A stretch of 64,000 bases of DNA from Eledone cirrhosa (taxonomy: Eukaryota): positions 160,890,001-160,954,000 of the forward strand of contig OZ024741.1 in the NCBI GenBank assembly GCA_964016885.1, in the 5' to 3' direction. The notes beneath the pieces are model-generated. The model ran no database searches and had not been told where the DNA came from. It was given only the letters and a program-made list of their open reading frames with translations. Each line of letters begins with the position of its first letter. The stretch's first letter is position 1. Of the stretch, positions 59,850 through 64,000 are shown piece by piece. The translations under genes and the position numbers were made by a program.

Positions 59850-61265
59850 CATTTTTCGATAAATCTGATTTGGTCGGTCTCGACCTTGATGGTAAGCTCC
59901 CAGACTGGATAACCCTATTTTCGTTTGAGGGAGGTGAATGTCTAATCTGAGATGGTGGTAAGTGTTGCAACACATTCTCTGCTTTGTCGTGTCAATTTCA
60001 AATTTGAGTACTGCCGCCCGTAACGTGGAGGAGAGGAAGATAGACAAATATCAAGATTTAATCGTCTGCTTATTTTTCGTACCGGTCGCCTTCGAGACAT
60101 CTGGCGTCTCGGTCTCCGAACTGCCGTTTAAATCTGCAAAATTGAGAGGAGGGCATCTCTCGAGAAAGGAGACCTGTGAGTTGGAGGGACATGCAGTCGA
60201 TGTCACTGGCTGCCGCCTTTGGCATTTTGTCTGCGGAGTGCAGCTGAGAAATATCGCCTCGACTGGGGAGTCTGTCACTCCCTCCCCCTTTCCTTACGTT
60301 CGCTATTTAATATTTTCTTTCTTTTTATTTTTATTTATTGCAAACATAATTTAATTGAAATTTGTTAAAGAAAAAGTCAACGCGAAAGAAATTATACATG
60401 TGTTTAATTCTTTGATTCCTTTATCTTTTTATTTTATTTCGCAATGTATTTGTTATCTTTAATTTACTTATTTCTAGCATGAGGCAAAATATATGAGTGC
60501 TACACATGTTTATTTAAGTTGTATTTGATGAAAGAAAGTAATTAACAACACGCCATCTAAATGAGCACGAACTCTTTTCATAATACATCCACTGTATTTG
60601 TATTAATAAATGATGGACATCTGAAACAGATGAAAAGCACTATTAGGAATAAATAGTATCAGAACGCTATAACATGTTTTGCATATCGTCACACAATGAT
60701 ATATAATCCTCTACCATCCTTTGCAACATGATTTCAAACAGGCTGGTGCACCGGCTCGACCAGCACCGTCTGGCATGTTCCCGCTCGGCTTCCCAACCCC
60801 ACTTGTGCTTGGCTTAACGCAGTTCCCTCATTCACGACTACCACTCAGCTGGACAGCAACTGTTTGCGCATTCGTGTTTCCCTTAGGCTCGACTTCCACG
60901 TCAGTGAGCCTCACAAATGCCGCTGAGGTACTATTGTGGATCCATTTGGTCTCCATCCACTGTCATGTTGTTACAGTGATGACCGCCTCCCTCGTCATGC
61001 TGATTTCAACGAGATCATAAAGCATGGTCTGGACGGCGCAGGCTTCTCTTCCCAGCAAGACTGGACTAAGGAAACGACAGAAGGCCAGACAGCATCAGAA
61101 ACCTACCGGAAAGCGACCGATACTTATCAGTTAACGAAGCTTGGGTCTGTTCTTAAATACACCAGGTTGCCGCTGCATACTGCGTCCCAGATGAGGGGAT
61201 TCCCACCAGAACGGGAAGATCGTGATGCCATCTGACTTTTTGCCGTCCTTCTGTTCAACTCCGCC
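59850..61265. mobile_element. Scattered CRE-like RLE fragments in mixed orientation
   Basis: AARNVEERKIDKYQDL..FFVPVAFETSG (+), DPFGLHPLSC....LPRHADFNEIIKHGL (+) and GGNPLIWDAVC (-). Confidence 0.65.
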
Positions 61266-62464
61266 GGTTCGAGCTGTCGAGAGCGACATGGTTTAAGAGT
61301 TATTTCCCTTTCACACAAGAAGTATTTCTTGTTGACTTTACTTTGTTTCCTTAACTCTTTTTATAATTCTTTTATTCTTTTTCTTTTACTGGTTTCAGTC
61401 ATTAGACTGTGGCCATGCTGGGGCACCACCTTATAGATGCATATTTTTTATTGAAATTTTGCAGCGATGCATCTTCGAATATGTAGATTGCAATTTTGGA
61501 TTTGGAATTAAAATATACATTTAAGGTAAAAATTGAGCAAGATGAAAATATGTGATTAGAGGTAGATTTGGTTGTTATTTCTAGTATTTTCTAAGACTAT
61601 AAATGTAAGAAACAGAGACGTATATGAAAATATATACAGTATGGTTTTAAGTATAATAAACTTGCATAAGTCACATTAGGTTATTTAAAGCTGTGATCAT
61701 GTCATAGTTACCTCAGTAGTCGTGTGTGAGATTACCAAAGACTAATGTTTCATGATTCCTTCTTCAGAAATGTTTATTCACTTGGTACTGAGAAAAAATT
61801 AGCTATAGCTTATACAGATTTTGCAGACATGGTACATTTAAGGAAATGCTCAGTTGAGTATAGTACGGGTTTGATGGGCTGGTATTAATTAGCAGTAGTC
61901 TATAATAAACATACCTACATAATGCTAATTAAAGGTAAGTTTTGAGATAGATTTCGTGGCTAGCAAGGCTTAGACATATATAATGAAGCTTTAATTTTTA
62001 CTACACAATAACCAAAATACACTAATTGCAAATTAGAGACAAAAGTCTTAAATGTGAAATTTTACCCCAAATCAAGAATGTTTTAATGATGAGTTGAAGT
62101 ATATAAATGCTGCAGAAATATTATTAGGAGAATTTATTTGGACAAATACCTCTATAATGTGTTGAGTGCTATTTTGTGGTATTTTTTCTAAAAATAAAAA
62201 TTTTAAGCACACTGTATATATTTAATACATGTTTTCATTCAGTAAAAATAAAAAAAAGCTAGAAAGAATGCATATTCACTTTTACTTTTGATGACCAAAT
62301 TAACTTACTTAACAAACTAAAGGAAATAGCCTATCAACCCAAGATGTCTATTTTTTGTATTACTTTCAATCTTTAAGGATTTACTTGGTACTGTTCTGAG
62401 ATGCTCTGCTTTGGGTGCATTGCAGATGGTTTCTTTAGTTCCTCCAGGCTGTGATCATCATTAA

Positions 62465-62674
62465 CCCTTTAATGTTCAAACCGGTCAGAATTCTCTACCT
62501 TTTTCTGTTGAAACTGGCTGTAACTGGTCGTTCAAACTGATGTTAAGGTATTGTTCTCAAAATAAATACTTTCAAAATCTCATAGATTCATTATTATGTG
62601 AGATAATTATGTGAGATAAAGCCTTTACCATGAAAATACAATAGTATATATAGAGTAATGTGAATGCTAAAGGG
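62465..62674. mobile_element. piggyBac-type MITE
   Basis: TTAA|CCCTTTAATGTTCA ... TGAATGCTAAAGGG|TTAA. Confidence 0.8.
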
Positions 62675-62739
62675 TTAAAAAACAAAACAAGAACATTTGT
62701 TCTCTGTACACATTGCAACATGGAAGAGAAGATATAATC

Positions 62740-63200
62740 ACACACTTTCTTCAGGTTTCTGAAAAAGATTTATTCAATAACTTGAGGTAGCACTTAAAGC
62801 TGAATTCATCATTGAAAAAACTCACTCTCGGCATGGAAAAGAGAAGCTATAAGCACACAGATTCTTCAAGTCTTTACTCAACAGCTTCAGATAGCATTCT
62901 TCACTGTGACTGCCTACCACATCAGGAGTATTGAGAATTGTCTTATAGTTCTTCCATATCAATATCATGAAGGTTACAGGCCATGACTGCATCAGAGAAT
63001 TATTGAAACGGTATGGCACTTGTTAGGCTCAATTTTGATATCTGTCAAACACTGTCTGATGACATTAACTCCCCCTGGTCGTGGATATACTCACCAAAGG
63101 TGAATGAATGTGAGGCATCTTCTTTAATCCTTTCATTACATATCTCTAATGAAATATGCTGCCTATGGTTTTCAAATGATTTTGAAAATATTCATGAATT
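62740..63200 (-). pseudogene. Possible decayed hAT transposase C-terminus
   Basis: Frameshifted and stop-interrupted reading ends in ...HAESE(F)FSMMNS, resembling the hAT dimerisation motif A..ERSFS.M. Confidence 0.3.
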
Positions 63201-63439
63201 TAGAGAGATTTAGTAATATTATAACTAACATTCTTATTCTTAAGATGGTGTTTGGAAGCTTTTTAGATAAATATAAATACTAATTAAACTATTATATTCT
63301 AGAAACATCATAATCAGCATTTAACATTTTTTTCCCTACTGACAGGGCAATTTCAGGTAGTTTGGTATTGAAAGAGTTACTATGTAATTATTCTTGTATA
63401 TAGTGCAAGTTTTTATGTTCAATACATTCAGTCATCAGA

Positions 63440-63760
63440 AGAAGGGAGTTAGGTGTAAAAGCCAAACTTACTATCTTCAATTTGGTATTCATGCCAACCT
63501 TACCTATGGTCATGAATCATGAGTAATGACCAAATGATTGCAAATACGTGGCCAAAACGGGGTTCCTCTGAAAGGTCTTTGGAGTAATGTTACACAATAG
63601 AGGCAAGAGAGTTGCTCCAGGTAGGGCTGCTACATCTTCAACTAGAGAAATCACAGCTCCAATATTACAGATATGTGGTTAGAACATCTCAGGAAAGAAT
63701 CACTGGACAGATTTTATAGGCAAAACTATCTGGCAGGAGACCCAAGGCTAGACTAAATCA
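63440..63760 (+). mobile_element. RTE (Expander-like) 3' fragment
   Basis: VFMPTLTYGHES...GFL..SQLQYYRYVVR..GRRPKAR. Confidence 0.75.
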
Positions 63761-64000
63761 AATATCTTTACTTCTTTTCATAAGACAATTCCTGAGGTCA
63801 CTCAAAACCAGGTGTGATTGCAGGCAGTTCTTTAACAAAAGAGCTAAAAAAATAAACCGTAAGGTCATTCTTTTTCTTTTCTTTTCTGCATATCCAATAT
63901 TCTGGATTTCCTTTTTTTTTTAAGTAGAATATTTCCAATAGAATATTTTCATATAAACACTTTAAAATAAACAGCTTTGTATTGTAGAACCATTCTCTGT

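Noticed and set aside
62822-63019. Host-gene exon on the minus strand (GTGAG donor at 62825)
   Set aside because: In-frame stops lie upstream, there is no clear acceptor or partner exon, and a decayed transposase fits at least as well.
63346-63356. 11-nt microexon (ctgacag|GGCAATTTCAG|gtagtt)
   Set aside because: Splice-like flanks only. There is no linked gene in the window, and such matches are expected by chance.

Overview
AT-rich, intron-scale eukaryotic DNA. It is probably from a coleoid cephalopod (octopus-like), inferred from the mix of SINE, RTE, Penelope and Helitron elements plus dense (TA)n/(CA)n/(GAT)n microsatellites. Most of the window is decayed, often nested transposable elements: RTE/BovB, CR1, CRE-type RLE LINEs, Penelope-like elements (PLEs), Helitrons, hAT, Chapaev3, Merlin, mariner, pogo and piggyBac MITEs, tRNA-SINEs, and one very young non-autonomous LTR element. 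The main result is invisible in the ORF track. Four small + strand exons (coding 15872-15912, 22848-22948, 28061-28137, 30276-30317) splice in phase into an 86-aa Rdx-family (SelW/SelW2/MIEN1-like) selenoprotein. It has an in-frame TGA in a C-Q-G-U motif and a well-formed SECIS element at 31965-32043. The window also holds at least nine PLE-type hammerhead-ribozyme motifs, some with a variant CCGA core or a very long stem II, and many foldback structures, two of them in the selenoprotein's inferred 3' UTR.
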